From Stegostoma tigrinum (Eukaryota), in NCBI RefSeq assembly GCF_030684315.1, contig NC_081365.1, positions 47,849,205 through 47,913,204 of the forward strand: DNA of 64,000 bases. Direction: 5' to 3'. This document shows, piece after piece, positions 1 to 13,159 of this stretch. Numbering within the stretch: position 1 is the first letter of the stretch; each line of letters opens with the position of its first letter. A program made the position numbers and the translations under genes. The notes under the pieces were generated by a model that saw only the letters and a program-made list of their open reading frames with translations, did no database searches and was not told the DNA's origin.

Positions 1-906
1 CAAAGTGGATAGCCTCACAGTTTTCTATATTACATTCGATCTGCTTTGTTGTAGCACATTGTCTGAGTATTTCCATAACCTCCTCAGACCAAACAGCAAA
101 GCAAAAAAAAAAGGCTCTGACTTGTATAAATCTCAAATCTATGTGATATAATGTGCATGCATGCTGAAAAATGTCAAGTGAAATATTTAACAAGCAACTT
201 TATTATGATAGTGTGAAGAATTTAACATATGCTATATTCATATGAAATTCAGCAGCTTTGTTATTTTGCTGTTGTATTAATTTAAAATGATCTCTATTGA
301 ACATAAGACCAGATGTGGTGGAGGGAGCATTTTCTTGCAGGTTCGGCTCTGTTTGGAGAGATGTGGCGGCTCTGAAAAGAACCTATGGATTCAGATTTTT
401 ACATTTCCAAACCTTTATTTCTTGGCAGCTGTTTTCTTTACTAATCATTTCTTGCTTCTTTGTTTCTTCACTTTTAATCAGTTGCTCTGAATTTCCTTCT
501 TTGCAATTGAGCCTTTCTCTACATTTCTTTTGACAGTGAACCTAAACTGTTACTGGAATGTGTCTACCTGGACCCTATTGTCAGCCAAGCTTATCTTAAT
601 TGAGAACACGAACAGTCCCTTACACTTGCTGCAACCTTGTTCCTGTTTCACAGCCCAGCTAAAAGCTGCAAATGACAAGAGTCATCACAGCAGTATGCAT
701 GCTTAGCAGGCACTGGCGATTCTGCATTTGTATCATACATACCAAAACAAAGGTACCAGAACAGATATCACAATGACTCAGAGAGATTGACCATGCTAAG
801 GTAACTTCTAAAGAAGAAGGGTTGCTGTTGTGAGAAAATTCCAAAACTAGAGACTATATATTTAATAATTTGGACATACAGATCAAAAAGCAATGGTATA
901 ATACTA

Positions 907-1114
907 GAGATAACAAAGCGTGGAGCTGGAGGAACACAGCAGGCTAGGCAGCATCACAGGAGCAGGAAAGTTGACATTTTGCATTGGGACCCTTCTTCCT
1001 TTCCGACCCAAAATGTCAACTTTCCCGCTCTTTTGATACGGCCTGGCATGCTGTGTTCCTCCAGTACCACGCTTTGTTATCTCTGACTCCAGCATCTGCA
1101 GTTCTTGCTATTTC
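907..1114. mobile_element. Palindromic PLE family-A-like derivative
   Basis: Inverted arms; TSD-like ggtataata(a)ctag. Confidence 0.8.
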
Positions 1115-1194
1115 GGTATAATAACTAGTTTTACTGTTGCTGAGATTCATTTGGCTCGGATATCAAGGCCACCTTCCCTACTCTTCTTCACTCT

Positions 1195-1300
1195 TCGTTC
1201 TGAGGAAGGGTCACCGGACCCAAAACGTTAACTGTTTTTTTCCTTCACAGATGCTGCCAGACCTGCTGAGCTTTTCGAATAACTTTGTTCTTGTTTTTTT
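1195..1300 (+). mobile_element. PLE family-B terminal arm with hammerhead-like core
   Basis: GTT-CTGAGGA-A-GGGTC-ACCG-GACCC-AAAACGTT-AAC (GAAA box mutated). Confidence 0.75.
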
Positions 1301-2129
1301 TCTTCACTATAGTCTTGTATAGCCACCCAAGAAAAAGGCAATTTGTCAACGCTTTTCCACGTGCATTCATCAGGACAATTTGCCAGAAATAACAATATAA
1401 AGGGAAGCAACATTTATACGGTTATAAAAGCGTTGGTTGTTTGACAAGCATAGTCCAATTGTTGAGGTTTTCAGCAAAACATGTCATTTTGCAGCAAGAC
1501 TGTATAGTTATTATTAAAATCAAAATGAAAATAACAAGAAATTGTTCTACTTAGGGAGCGCAACTCATTACCACAAGAAATGGTTAAGGCAAACAGATTG
1601 GATGCTTTCAAATAAATACGTTGAAAGGCTGAGATTTTCGATATATAAAATGAGAGGAGACGGGAATGTGAATAGTAGCACAGGCTATTTGAGCAGCTTA
1701 TCCTACTGGTATAAGGTTTGTTGTATATTTCATAGGATTGCCAACGTCAATTTCGGGCAAATATTTGTTTTGAAAATACAGTGGCATAGCGCTGTCACAA
1801 ATCAATGGGCTGGTTGTACTAAACAGACAAGTCAGAACGTGCAAGGAAAGGTGGGACACAAGGAGTCGCTGAAGAATCAGCTTTAAAAATGATAATAATT
1901 AATTATATTACTTAAAAAAAAACTTTTTGCCCATGCGCAACGTGGAAGGAATCCAGACAACTACAGTGGTGAAAATAATGGCACGGCTTTCTTTGATTCC
2001 CAACACATCGGCCCACCTTAGAAACCCTAAGACAATGACATTAATTTCTTCAGAATGAGACATATTTAAAGAGCCTGCACTTTTTGCCCACTTTCCAACA
2101 TCAGAGGGTGAAAAATCCAGGATTCTTCT

Positions 2130-2700
2130 TTCCAGTTCGGGGCTAGCTGCGAAGGGGGCACTGCAGGTTTAACTGTGCCAAACCAAGCGGCGCCGATCTT
2201 AACCTTTCTCAGTCTCTCCATGAGCACTGCGGGGCTGGATGGGGAAAGGGAAAACAACACAAAAGAAAAACCGCTCGCTTGCCTCCCTCCCGTCTTTCCT
2301 TTTGGCTGCGGCCCAGCTCCGTGCGGATTTACCCCCTCCCTAACTCTGGCTCCCCCGCCCCGGACAAACATCACTTACCACCCAGTCTCGGCCATGGATC
2401 CCGCTCACAGTAGTATATCCGGGTATTCTCACTTCTCCGTTACCTTGGTGTCCGTTACTAAGGGGATTGCTAAATTCCTCTCCGTCGCCGTGGTGACGGT
2501 GGAACCGCCTCGCGCTGTGACGTCACTGCCCGCCGCGCGCGTGCTCGTGCTGGTGACCGTTGCAGCATTGTTTTTTACCCCCGACCCGAGACTGAGTGTA
2601 CGGCGATGTTGCAACTGTTTTTGCATTTACACGAATCAAGACGAACACTAGTTTGCAGCCCCGCGGCGTGGTTATAATCCACAGTAAATCTAACAACGTT
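2130..2700. promoter_or_regulatory. CpG-island promoter with three RFX X-box-like motifs and a palindromic CRE
   Basis: Dense CpG in an otherwise CpG-poor window. GTTACCTTGGTGTC 2439-2452, GTTACTAAGG 2454-2463, GTCGCCGTGGTGAC 2484-2497, GTGACGTCAC 2517-2526. Confidence 0.75.
2379..2395 (-). CDS. Probable first coding exon (MAETG + 2 nt) of an unidentified gene running out of the window to the left
   Basis: ccATGG followed by a consensus donor TG|gtaagt inside the CpG island. No downstream exon was confidently found in 1-2378. Confidence 0.5.
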
Positions 2701-2784
2701 GCTCAACGCTGTTAAGAGGGGCACAATGTGTAGAACCCTGAATCGCAGAGAATAATGGCGAAACCGAGCAGACTAGGTCAGGAC

Positions 2785-2917
2785 ATTTTCTGAAGAAGTA
2801 TCCAGACCCGAAACGTCAGCTTTCCTGCTCCTATGATGCTGCTTGCCCTGCTGTATTCATCCAGCTCCACACCTTGTTATCTCAGATTCGCCAGCATCTG
2901 CAGTCCTCACTATCTCT
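2785..2917 (+). mobile_element. Solo PLE family-A arm beginning at the hammerhead core, 14-bp TSD
   Basis: TSD agactaggtcagga; CTGAAGA...GAAACGTC at 2790-2817. Confidence 0.8.
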
Positions 2918-3163
2918 AAGACTAGGTCAGGATACCTGGCACTTGGCAATCACCCGCTCTCCAAATGAAAGAGCTCGCGCATTTCTGACGAGAAATTCCC
3001 TGAAATGTGCAAGTGTTGCCATTCCTGGTAACAGAACAGCCAGGGGAAGGCAAAACCGGGCCGTGTCCCCTTCCTCACAGCAGTCCGTTGCCCTAGTCTG
3101 TGAACTGAAGGTCTCGAACCAGAGACAGGCATTTGACAGCTGCTGTGAAATTCGTAGACATCG

Positions 3164-3456
3164 TAGAATCCCTACAGCGTGGAAACAAGCCCTTTGATCC
3201 AACAAGTCCACACCGACCCTCAGAGCATCCCACCCAAACCCACCTAATGTACCCTTAACACTATAGGCAATTTAGTATGACCAGTCCACCTAACCTGCAT
3301 GGCTTTGGACTGTGGAAGGAAACCGGAGCACCTGGAGGAAACCCACGCAGACACGGGGAGAATGTGCAAACTGCATACAGACAGTTGCCCGAGGCTGGAA
3401 TTGACCCTGGGTTCCTGTGAGGCAGCAGTGCTAGCCATTGTGCCACTGTGTCACCC
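3164..3456 (-). mobile_element. HE1-type V-SINE
   Basis: tRNA-like head (tggctagcactgctgcctcacag), V-domain core tttgcacattctccccgtgtctgcgtgggtttcctcc, HER1-like tail. Confidence 0.88.
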
Positions 3457-5155
3457 TAAGTAAGGTCTGTACCTAAGCTAAGTGTGAGCATAGTGTGCCA
3501 GGCCATTTGAAGGTAGGAGTGCCATGGTGCTACGTGGTAAGTGGGACCTTGGTAAGTGATGAAATGTTCATGGAATGTTAGGGTGGTTGGGAGATATCAA
3601 GTCTGGCAGACAGTGCTGATGTTGGATCTTAGGGGTCAGTGAGTTGTTGGGTCTGGGGTTATGGAGTCACGTGTCGGGGGGTCAGGAATGATTATTGGAT
3701 CCAGCAGAAATCCTATCATGGGTCATATCAAGCGGCAAGGGAATGGGAAGGTTGGGTCTGAAGACAGGAGAAGAAGGTCTTGGCTGAGTGGAAGGGAGCT
3801 TGGGTTTGGAGTTGAGGGAAGAAGGTTCATGTTTTTGAATGGCGGAAAGGAGAAAGTTCAAGTCTTTGGGGAGGGGTCCCCTTGCACAACTCTCTGCTGC
3901 ACTTCAGAAATGATTATGAGGTCAACAGAAAGTCCTGATCATTATTTCCACTATACAATCTAGTCTCTGCCTTGTTGTTTGGCTGCAGAAGACCTCACGT
4001 GTTTTTATAGAGCCACAATAGCACACCTAAAACTGCAGAGTGAAGAGACAGGCATCCAAAACAACCACACCCTGAAGTACTTGGAAAATATAAAGAAGTG
4101 ACGTTTCTGTCTTAAATATTAGGGAATTCTGTCTCTATAAGCTTACAGACCTGTGCTCGTGGCTCTGACCTCATATATGTATTAATGCAGTGACTTTTCT
4201 GATGTTGTCAGTGGGAGCCTAGAATGATATGATCTCATCGTACTCCAGGATAGTTGAGATCTGCTAGCAGTATCATGTTTGCGATGGGGATGCACTGTAA
4301 GTCATATTGTGGTTTCATTCAATAATAAGTTTCACCAATGAGATCCTGATTAAAATGGAGACGGGAGCATCTTTACAATATAATTTAGTGGGGAAACCTA
4401 CAGATGGATAGCGAATGCCTCTTACATCAACTGACTAAGATGATACTGCCTCCCTCCCTCTTTCCCCCATAGTTGCTGCTTCTTAAACTTTTTATAACTA
4501 GGTGGGGTGGGGGGGCGTCATTTAATTTCCATTGCTTCAGACTCCTCAGTTGGCTGCAAGTTTTGTTATCCTTAGGATGAGTTGGTATATCTCCCTAATA
4601 ACAATGTAATTACCCAGTGTCTATTGTATCAGTAAGGAACAGTCACAAACATTTCTTGAGTAGAAATGAAGAACAGTTTTGTTGTCTGCTAACTGAACAA
4701 AACAATAAAAATGTGACCATGAATACATAAAGGCAGGTACATAGCTAAAAAGGGATAATCTCTATTGTAAGGGGAAGATAAAAGGAGTATAAAGTTTAAA
4801 GCCCTTTTGGTGTTCTTAAGGTGCAAAATTACAGCCAAGACCATGGCTGTTCAATTAATGTCTTGTATCCTCAGCAGGGAGTGTTAATATTTCAGATTTG
4901 CTTTGAACAAATAGAAGTTAAATAATTAGTTCTATCACCAGAAACTTTTTGAAACAGCAAGTGGTCCAGCTAGTTCCAACTTGAAAATCTAATTCCTCTG
5001 CTCTGCCAGAAGCAGTTTCCACAATTACAAGCTAATTTGTGTATTTCCGTATCTGAGTTTATTGTTCCTGAGCTTGATAATTTAAGATGGTGTCTCCCAT
5101 CTCCAATATGTGAAACTTATCATAGAGGTATAAATCAAAAAAAGTATAATGTGGG

Positions 5156-5698
5156 GTTAAAATTGTGATTAGAGATAATGAGAACTGCAGATGCTGGAGA
5201 ATCCGAGATAACAAAGTGTGGAGCTGGATGAACACAGCAGGCCAAGCAGCATCTTAGGAGCACAACAGCTGATGTTTCAGGCCTAGACCCTTCTTCAGAA
5301 GAGGGGGATGGGGAGAAGATTCTGAAATAAATAAACGGACAGGTCAAGGGGGCCCAGCTTGTCTCCGCCTCCCTCATCTGTTCTTCCTCTTACCTATCCC
5401 CTTCTCCTATCTCAAGCTGCACCTCCATTTCCTACCTACTAACTTCATCCCACCCCCTTGATCTGTCCATCCTCCCCAGACTGACCTATCCCCTCCTTAC
5501 CTCCCCACCTATACTTTCGTCTCCATCTATCTTCTCCTCTATCCATCCTCGGTGCGCCTCCCCCTCTCTCCCTATTTATTTCAGAATCCTCTCCCCATCC
5601 CTCTTTTCTGATGAAGGGTCTAGGCCTGAAACGTCAGCTTTTGTGCTCCTAGGATGCTGCTTGGCCTGCTGTGTTCAAACAGCTCCACACTTAGTTAT
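5156..5698. mobile_element. PLE family-A inverted terminal-repeat pair
   Basis: Left arm is the reverse complement of the right arm; TSD aaag(t/g)ataatgtggg. Confidence 0.85.
5606..5637 (+). ncRNA. Minimal hammerhead ribozyme motif (family A)
   Basis: CTGATGA-A-GGGTCTAGGCCT-GAAACGTC at 5608-5635. Confidence 0.62.
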
Positions 5699-5772
5699 AA
5701 AGGATAATGTGGGCCTTTTGAGATCTGACTGTATGGACTGATTTCAGTGTCTTTTGATAAAATGCCAGTTCA

Positions 5773-5837
5773 TTTGAGATTATTTTGTTTATTCCATGTT
5801 ATTTTGAGATTATTTTGTTTATTCCATGTTATTTTGA
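5773..5837. repeat. Perfect 30-bp tandem duplication
   Basis: (ttgagattattttgtttattccatgttatt)x2. Confidence 0.9.
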
Positions 5838-5905
5838 TAAAGCTTGCCTAACTGTGTGGTCAGATGATTGCCATGGACATTTTAAATCAATACTTTCCCA
5901 TTTTA

Positions 5906-6034
5906 AGATAAAGTGTTGAGCTGGATGAACGCAGAAAAGCTGATGCTCTTAAGATGCCGCTTGGCCTGCTGTGTTCATCCAGCTCAACACTTTGTTGTCT
6001 TGGATTCTCCAGAGTCTGTAGTTCCTATTATCTC
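5906..6034. mobile_element. Short PLE family-A palindrome
   Basis: Inverted arms; TSD-like tttcc(c)attttaa. Confidence 0.75.
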
Positions 6035-6259
6035 TTTTTCCATTTTAAACTATTTCAGTCTATGAAAGTACCAGATATTAAAATAATATGATCGAATTTG
6101 AAAATCAGAAGTTCATTTTTTAATCATTATTGTTGCACACCCCAAAGAACAAGATGAAGGTGTAATGATATTGGGAAATGGATCGTCACAGCTTGAAAAA
6201 TTGAGCAGGATAAATGGCATACCCACAGCTGATGACACAAAGGTATGTTATAAAATCAA

Positions 6260-6570
6260 AGATGACATTCCAGTGCAAAACCGAAGGAGTACTGAACTGT
6301 CAGACATGCTATCTTTGGATGAGATGTTGAACCAGTGTGCCATTGATACTCAAACAGATGTAACATATTCCACTGAGCTATTTCAAAAAAGAGTGTGGAA
6401 GATAAGCAGATTCTTGGACATTACCATGCTTTTATTTGTGAGATTTTGCTGTAGACAGTTGATCTGCTGTGTTTCTCATATTTCAAGAGTACCTCACTTC
6501 TGAAGTACTTAATGGGCCAAAAATCACTTTGGATGACCTGTGAATATGAAATGCACTGTATAAATACAAT
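6260..6570 (+). mobile_element. Ancient DeuSINE (SacSINE1/AmnSINE1-like) relic; related copies at about 31505-31700, 53040-53310 and 55290-56020
   Basis: Recognisable core (ctttggatgagatgttgaacc...) and tail (tttgtg..attttgctgt...aagtacttaatggg...tataaat). Family name assigned from memory. Confidence 0.55.
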
Positions 6571-8340
6571 TTCCAGAAGTTTTTAACGGTATTGGATATT
6601 CTTTACCTACAGCCTTTATTTACATTCTACATTAGTTTCAAGGTAGGCTTGACATGCATTATCTTGAAGTGATTGAGGGCGCAAAAATAAAGTGAACCAG
6701 GGTCTTTCTTGAACTTAGGCTAAAATTTTGGATTGCATCTTGAATGAAAATTAAAATGAAATCAATCTTGTCTGTAATTAAACCAACCCACAGTCTACTC
6801 CACAGACAGTAGCCTACTAAAAACACAGAGAAAGGAAGTTACATGTTATTTATGAGCCCTGGTTGCTGGCAGGATCTCAACATTTCTCCCTGTTGCTCTC
6901 TCAAGAAAATCTGACACATCCGTCAGGTCCAAGGGCCAGGACATAATGAATTTATTACAATATTTCATTCTGCATCAAAAAAAATTATTTAAAAAGACAG
7001 TATTGACAACATCAAAGGTACTGAATTTTCAGGTGATGCTGTGAGTATAATATTACATGATGGAGCTGTCTGAAATAAAAGGTAACATAAGAAAAATTAA
7101 AGTTTTAAAAAGGGACATTAGAAATCATGAGACACAGAATTTAAAATCAAAACATTAATGACAAACATGTTGAGGAATGAACTTAATGTGATCTGCATCC
7201 CTGAATTTCTGAAATTGCAACTGAACTGGCAAAGTAGTCAGAAAGAGCGCCTGTTTGGTAATAAACGAATCTGTCTCTTCACTCAGGTTTTCTTTAAATG
7301 TCCCCTTACACCCTTAGAACCAACAGACAAGTTTCTCATTAGTACTTGCATCTTATTGAGAGAAAATTTTCACTGCGAGCTGTTGTCTTGCAGCTGACAC
7401 AGGAGATGCATCCCTATAACATTGTGGTGTTCACTGAGGCATAAAAAATTCAAATCCTAGCAATCTTACATCGCTAAAGCAAAAATGAAACCACAACAAT
7501 CCCCCATCATCAAGGAATCAAATCCTTAGCTCTTTGCCCTCCTTTTCCCTTTGTTCTCCTCACCTTTTAAAGAAGATCACGAGAGAGAATAGTTGGTAAT
7601 GATCCAAACAAAGAGTCAGTATTGTATGCTATTGTTGTGAATAGACAAAGTATTCATAACCAAGTAAGGGATTAGAAGTATTAGAAAATATAAGAATGAG
7701 TAAGAAATACAAAATGAATGAATTCAATATCAAATCAAAAGAAGTAGAAAATAAAGGGGGAAAAAAGAAAGGAAATGAATAAATGTATATTTTATACAAG
7801 GTTCAGAATTCAGAAATTTGTACCCAAAATATAACCACAATTTGTCTGGTTAGTTTATGGTTGAAGCTTCCTCTAAAATGTATTTGCAGAATGAACACAA
7901 TTTGCATTAAAAATACTCATATAGTAACCTGATATATTTTTCCTTAATGATAACCTGATACATTTTCCAGCCGAAAATGGGTGGGTCATAAAACATTGTC
8001 ATCTTTAACTAGTGTCTGGTCTATTATCTTTGAGTGGTCTTGTCCGAAATCACAGAAAATTACTGTATTAAATAATTTAGGATGTTTGTCACTGTGGATA
8101 GGTCATTTAATTTGCAAATCTAATATGTTTTTATAGATTTTTTAAAAAATGTAGTCGTGTGCATATGAAAATAGCCACAATTTGAAGATCTATTCTGAAC
8201 TAGTTCCATTGTGGAAGGTTGCAACATGCACCGAGGAGGCATGGTTAGTTTGCTTGTTTGTGACTTAATTTGAACAAATTAAGTTTTAAATCATTGTGAT
8301 AGATTGCAGAAAATCCTAAAATAAATGGTTTTAAATTTTG

Positions 8341-8547
8341 ATCAGAGATAATGGTAACTGCAGATGCTGGAGAATCCAAGTTAACAAAGCGTGGGGCTGG
8401 ATGAACACAGCAGGCCAAGCAGCATCTTAGGAGCACAAAAGCTGACGTTTTGGGCCTAGACCCTTCTAGCCCCGAAATGTCAGCTCTTGTGCTCCTAAGA
8501 TGCTGCTTGGCCTGCTGTGTTTATTCAGCCCCACACTTTGTTATCTT
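8341..8547. mobile_element. Short PLE family-A palindrome
   Basis: Inverted arms; TSD ggttttaaattttg. Confidence 0.85.
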
Positions 8548-8861
8548 GGTTTTAAATTTTGTAAGCTTTTCTGATGAATTGGTTAATTGTGCTTTTTTTC
8601 TGCCAATAAAACTAACAGAAAGAAATATAAATTCTAAACCATCATTTTTTTAAAATTTCCAAAACCAGAGGAATGAGAGACCAAATTTGTAATAATTGTG
8701 TTACCATAAGTTAGTGTGGCAGCAATTGACTCTTACATTGTTAAAGGGTACTTAAGACAAAGTTGGCATGCTTTAGGTTTCTGTGGTGACTTTGTGTTTA
8801 TGTTTAGGCCAATTTTAAACCATTCAATGCATTTTAATGCTCTGAATCCATCGTTGATCTG

Positions 8862-10460
8862 ATTTATTATTGTCCCATGTACCTAAATACAGTGAAAAGT
8901 TTTGTGTACAGTTCAGGCAGATCAAACCACACAAAATGCATTTGGGTAATAGAACAGAGCCACGAATACAATGTTATGGCTGCAGAGGAGTTGCACAAAC
9001 AGTGAGGTCAGCATTAAGTTTAGAATTTGAGACGCCTATTCAGAAGTCTAATAACGACAGAGAAGAATCTATTCATGAACCTGTTGTACATGTTTTCAAG
9101 CTTTTATATCTTCTGCCAGATGGAAGAGGTTGGGATAGATTATCTCTGAGTGGTAAGGGTCTTTGATTATGTTCACTGCCTTCCTGAGGCAGCAAGAAGT
9201 ATAAATGGAGTCAGTAGTTGGAAGGTTGGCTTGCATGATGGACTAGGCTATGTTCACAACTCTGTGGTTTCTTACAGTTCTGGGCAGAGCAGTTGCCATA
9301 CCAAGCCGTGATGCATCTGAATAGAATGCTTCCTGTGGTGTGTCTATAAAAATTGGTCAGCGTCTTTACAGAAATGCCAAATTTCTTTAGCCTTCTGAGG
9401 AAATAGAGGCATTGTTGTTTTTTCTTGACTATCGCATGGGTGGTCCAGGACAGATTGTTGGTGATCATCACTCCTAGGAATCTGATGCTGTTAACAATCT
9501 GCACCTCAGCTCCATTCATGTAAATGGAGTTGTGCCCTCCCCTTTGCTTCCTGAAGTTAACGATAAGCTCTTTTGTTTTGCTGACATTGAGGGAGAGATT
9601 GTTGTCTTTACATCACGCCACCAAGCACTCGATACCTTTTTGTCTGACCATTGTTTGAGATCCAGCCTACAACGGTAATTTCGTCACCAAACTTGTAGAT
9701 GGAATTAGGATGAAATTTGTTGACACAATCATGAGCGTATGGGAATATAGTAAGGTGCTGAATATGCTGCCAGCTGGTGTACGTAGGAGCCAAGTGCACA
9801 ACCGGGACACCATCTGGTCCAGTCGCTTTCATTGGGCTCACTGTCAAAAGGTCGGATCTGATGTCTACAGCATTGACTGAGGGAACAGGTGTGTCTAAGG
9901 CTATAGGGCAGGTTACCTCCATTTCACTGACCTTCTGTTGGAACTGAACGTGAAATGCATTGAGCACATCATGGAGGAATCCATCTTGGTCCTCTGTTCT
10001 GCTTTGCTTTGGAGCCTGTTATGTCATGTTAGCCTTGTCACAAATGGCGGGTGTCTGTATGATTAGTTCTGTAGCTTAGTCTGATATTGCCTCTTGGCTT
10101 CTGTAATGGACTTAAGGAGGTCATATCTGGATTTCTTGTAAAGGTCAGGGTCATCTGACTTGAACGCCAGGACTTCAATAGGGAGTGGATCTTCTGGTTC
10201 ATCCCTGGTTTAGGTTGGGGAACATTTGGATTAACTTCTTTGGTATGCAGTCTTCTACACGTCTTATCATGAAGCCTGTTAATGGTAGTGGCACACTCAT
10301 TTAGGTTGGCAGCTGAGTTCTTGAATGTGGACCTGTCCACCAATTCCAGGCAGGAGCTCTTCCGCTGCCTTAGACCAGCACTGTAATACTTCATATATTG
10401 GGTTCTCGTGTTTCTGTCTGTTAAGCCAGGAAGAGGAACACAGCGTTGTGATTTCATTTT
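8862..10460 (-). mobile_element. Rex1/Babar-clade non-LTR retrotransposon, degenerate and internally deleted
   Basis: FLGVMITNNLSW..VKK.QQ.LYFLRRLKKFG..TLTNFYR..CITAWYGNC and KATGPDGVP motifs, with frameshifts. Confidence 0.82.
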
Positions 10461-10649
10461 CCAAAATGTAGACAGGGTATAGAGGATAGGCATCTTTGAT
10501 GTTTGTACAAGGTTAATGGAGGAAAGACATCAGTTAGAGTAAAAAATTTGGATTTCTGCATTCCTTTAACTGAGATTTCTCTACTACTTTGAAAATGATG
10601 GCCTGTTAAAAGCAATACTGAAATAATAGAAACATATATGATCAAAATC

Positions 10650-11280
10650 TCAAGATTATCTCAAGAGGGTTGGAATATAAAAGCAGTGATGTGCTTCTGA
10701 GACTTTAGGAAGCTGTAGTTAGGCCCCATTTAGAATACTGTGTCCAGTTTTGGGCCCCACACCTCAGGAAGGACATACCGGCACTGGAGCACGTCCAGCA
10801 GAGATTCTCACGGATGATCCCTGGAATGGTAGGTTTAACGTATAATGAACGGCCAAGGATCCTGGGATTGTATTCATTAGAGTTTAAAAGGTTGAGGGGA
10901 GACCTAATAGAAACTTACAAGATAATATATGGCTTAGAAAGGGTGGACACTGGGAAGTTGTTTCCGTTAGGTGGGAAGACTAGGACCTGTGGGCACAGCC
11001 TTAGAATTAGAGGGGCAAATTTAAAACGGAAATGAGGAGACATTTCTTCAGCCCGAGAGTGGTGGGCCTGTGGAATTCATTGCCACGGAGTGCAATGGAG
11101 GCCGGGACGTTAAATGCCTTCAAGGCAGGGATCAATAAATTCTTGTTCTCACAAGGAATCAAGGGCTATGGGGAGAGTGCAGGGAAGTGGAGTTGAAACG
11201 CCCATCAGCCATGATTTAAATGGCGGAATGGACTCAATGGGCTGAATGGCCTTACTTCCACTCCTATGTCTTATGGTCTT
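10650..11280 (+). mobile_element. CR1/HER1-type LINE 3' end (relatively young)
   Basis: LGLYSLEFKRLRGDLIETYKI motif; tail ...cctatgtcttatggtctt. Confidence 0.88.
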
Positions 11281-11414
11281 AAAATGAGCAAAGTATTTTT
11301 ACAATACAGCAGAATGACTCTCTGCATTGCTGTGCTTCCTTATTTAATGAAGAAAGAAGTAATGCTTGACTTAGTTCTGAGACATGAAATAATAATTAAT
11401 AATAAGTAAATAAT

Positions 11415-11678
11415 TCATGTGGAAGAGGGATAATAGGGGCGAAAGATATAGGACAGATGTCAGAGGTAGTTTCTTTACTCAGAGAGTAGTAAGGGAATGG
11501 AACGCTTTGCCTGCAACGGTAGTAGATTTGCCAACTTTAGGTACATTTAAGTCGTCATTGGACAAGCATATGGACGTACTTGGAATAGTGTAGGTTAGAT
11601 GGGCTTGAGATCGGTATGACAGGTTGGCACAACATCGAGGGCCGAAGGGCCTGTACTGTGCTGTAATGGTCTATGTAT
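11415..11678 (+). mobile_element. CR1/HER1-type LINE 3' end
   Basis: YRTDVRG.FFTQRVV..WN remnant; tail gggccgaagggcctgtactgtgctgtaa; same subfamily as 41710-42100. Confidence 0.82.
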
Positions 11679-12497
11679 GTTAAAACCAAATGCAGATAGT
11701 TTAAATTTGATAAACAAAAGTAGGTAGGACCTAGGGATAAGTGATTCATACTGCATCGAGGTGAGTAAGGGCTGTGGCTCAAATAAACTGGTAGGTAATG
11801 GAGGGTGAATAACTGTATTCTGGTGAGATGCAGAGTGTATAATTGAACAGGATTTATTGATCTCTGCCTTGAAGGCATTTAACGTCCCGGCCTCCACTGC
11901 ACTCCGTGGCAATGAATTAAACTTCAACTTAAGCTGGGTAAATGTTAGATGTGACAGTGTAAAAGACAACATTTGCAGTGGTGAGGTAAAAGGGGAAGTA
12001 AAATGTCTAAATGGAGATATGAGGAAATTCTGGCCAAGATAATGCAAGAAAATAGCGAGGGTTTTTATCAATAAATAGAACGTAAAAATAGTATTTGGTG
12101 AGGGCAGGACTGTTGAGTTGTTAAATTAGGAACCTAGTTGTAGAGGATGAAAGATGTAGCATATAAGTATATTGCATTGCAAATTATAGTGTAACTGAGA
12201 ATGTAGAATAATAGGACTTGATAGGAATCATGTATTACTGGTAAATATAGAAAATAAATTTACTCTAAAGATAATTGATGGAATTCAAGTTGTTGAAATT
12301 ATTGAATCCAAACTGAATGTACTTCAGGCTGCTGAAAATAATCTGTCAGGACATAACAGAGGCTGAGAAGTTGAAGTGTAACACTTATTTATGAGATAAA
12401 TAAAGTAAACATTTTTGAACTAATTTTACCTGGATAGTAAATCACTCTATTTGATTATTTTCTCCACTCTCTTCAGTTCCACTTCCAACACTTATTC

Positions 12498-12722
12498 CTA
12501 CCGGGTGCTCTGGTTTCCTCCTACAGTACAAAGATGTGCAGGCTAGGTGGATTGGCTATGCTAAATTGCCCGTAGTGTCCCATGATGTTTACATTAGGTG
12601 GATTAGGCATGGGGAAATGTGGGGTTAAAGGAATGAGTTGGGACAGGATGCTCTTCGGAGGGGTGGTGTGGACTTGTTGGGTCCAGTGGCCTGTTTCCAC
12701 ACTGTGGAGATTCAGTCATTCT
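12498..12722 (+). mobile_element. HE1-type V-SINE, 5'-truncated
   Basis: gggtgctctggtttcctcc...ggcctgtttccacactg. Confidence 0.8.
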
Positions 12723-13159
12723 AAGCTTTTTTAACTCTAAAATCAAGTCAATCTTGTTTCCACAACCTCTTCCACTTACCGTATTCACAAACATGTATCA
12801 CCCTGCAAAATGCAAGATCAGTTAATTTAAATATTTCAGTGGCATTACCGGTATCTTACTAATGTTATGTTCTGGGAGCAGCACAGAATTTAAAACTGGA
12901 ACATTGGGAGGCAACAGTGTGAAATGAATTGCTGTTGGTCTTCAAAATTCTGCCATAATTTTTTAAATGTAAAATATTTAATTTTTAAAGGTGAAGTCTT
13001 GCTTCAGTTGTATAAGGGTTGGACAGGTATATACAGTGATGATGTTGTTTGGTGTCTTGCAAGGCCAACAGGGCTAGGTTTGCAATTATCGTTTCTGCCG
13101 CATCACTTAATGCCAGGCAGTCCTCTGGTTTCATTTCTATTTTGAAGTGTTTTAGTAGT

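Noticed and set aside
200-670. Purine-rich minus-strand stretch as exon 2 of the MAETG gene
   Set aside because: The candidate acceptors tested (541, about 658, about 666) hit stops or need a 28-nt intron; no consistent frame.
2066-2651. ORFs of 102-158 aa in the CpG island
   Set aside because: Expected from high GC; no recognisable domain. The splice-supported micro-exon explains the region better.
8245-8653. Repeated Cys-rich peptide LLRCCLACCVHPA as a small-protein family
   Set aside because: Incidental translation of the PLE terminal repeat, with variable starts and frames between copies.
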